From: Octopus sinensis
Taxonomy: Eukaryota
Reading direction: 5' to 3'
Length of the DNA: 64,000 nt
NCBI RefSeq assembly: GCF_006345805.1
Contig: NC_043002.1
Span: 78,120,001 to 78,184,000 of the forward strand
Shown here: positions 63,060 through 64,000 of the stretch, in pieces
Layout: the number at the start of each line of letters is the position of its first letter
How positions within the stretch are numbered: position 1 is the first letter of the stretch
Notes under the pieces: model-generated
What the model was told of the DNA's origin: nothing
Database searches by the model: none
The model's input: only the letters and a program-made list of their open reading frames with translations
Made by a program: the position numbers and the translations under genes

Positions 63060-64000
63060 GTAACTCTTGATTGTATGTTGGACCTTGCTAACAGATTTTA
63101 TTATGAAATTTTAACCTCATGACTTGTCATCCTACATCTCTAACTTTTGTTGCTCTTTGTTGAACATTATCACTGTGCATCGAGCAGTAACTTATGCATG
63201 ACATCATACGTAGCACACTGCACAATCAGTAATAATCATTTCATCCTAAGTGTAGGGCAGGAGTGAGGGTAGGCAGGTGGTCAGTGACACACTCGTTTCA
63301 GATTGATCTTGGATCTACTTTAATAGTTTCCCTGAAATGCTGCAACACTACTAATTCTAACCGATAAATCTAGGATAATCAACTTCGCATTTTAAAATAC
63401 AACTAACCTATGAAGTGATGCTACCTCAGCCAATTCTTTCTTTCTTCTTACTTAATTCATAACTTGCCTAGGAGGAGGATAGAAGAGTTCAGTATGTAAC
63501 TCAAGTACATAATATATAGTTATGTCATCAATGAAGTATGATTCTCCTCATTCTTCATTCAAGAACCAACTTTTGATCTATTTGGCAATTATTATTCTGT
63601 ATATTGCAGTATAGATGTTTAGGTTAATGTAACCTCTTTTATACTAATCTAGTTAGCTTCAACAACGTAGTATTAAGTGATATTGCTAAGTGTTTCTAGC
63701 GGTTGTGACAGTTATATTCTGAAAGTGAACATCTGTGTTATTGTTATTGATTAATTTGGACAAGTTACAGATAAGAACTTAGACTGGTTTGGTGACAATA
63801 GAGGAAATACAGCTGCTGTTAGCTGGGAAATGACTTTTTGTTTTAACAACCATAAATCCACATGAAAATAGAAATAAAGGAAATGTTGTCTGCCAGCTTG
63901 GTGTGAAATAGGCCAAGGAAGACTGTCACCCAGAAGATTGATGCTATCACAATAAACTGAGTGGGATGTAATGCTTTGATGACCACTGTCGCTCAAAAAC

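Noticed and set aside
1-64000. LIM and SH3 exons, tRNA or rRNA genes, CRISPR or other prokaryotic systems
   Set aside because: None seen. tRNA-like boxes belong to SINE heads, and the 105-nt repeats are spliced protein exons separated by long unique introns, not CRISPR repeats.

Overview
AT-rich, repeat-rich animal genomic DNA. The SINE families, microsatellite load and gene content suggest an octopus-like (coleoid cephalopod) genome; this is inference. No single-exon protein gene was recognised, and nearly all ORF-track entries look like chance ORFs or TE remnants. The window holds the middle of one large + strand gene, an invertebrate Lasp (LIM-nebulin-SH3) orthologue. I saw no LIM or SH3 exons, so they presumably lie outside the window. 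Visible parts: (i) seven symmetric phase-0 exons of 105/108 nt, each encoding exactly one nebulin repeat (12149, 30665, 31176, 32231, 35102, 37061, 40012); (ii) the conserved core Lasp nebulin exon (45455-45629); (iii) a Pro/Gly-rich linker exon with the KISDYDP motif (51055-51255); (iv) candidate frame-preserving phase-1 small exons and microexons of 9-48 nt in the linker. The introns carry a near full-length dead mariner, RTE, L1/Tx1 and R4/Dong-like LINE fragments, several SINE families, TTAA-flanked MITEs, a ~1 kb fold-back of 352-bp units and many microsatellites. The main candidate for novelty is a modular, splicing-tunable nebulin-repeat exon array plus a microexon-tunable linker in Lasp. 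All exon calls are manual reads of splice signals and translation, without RNA evidence.
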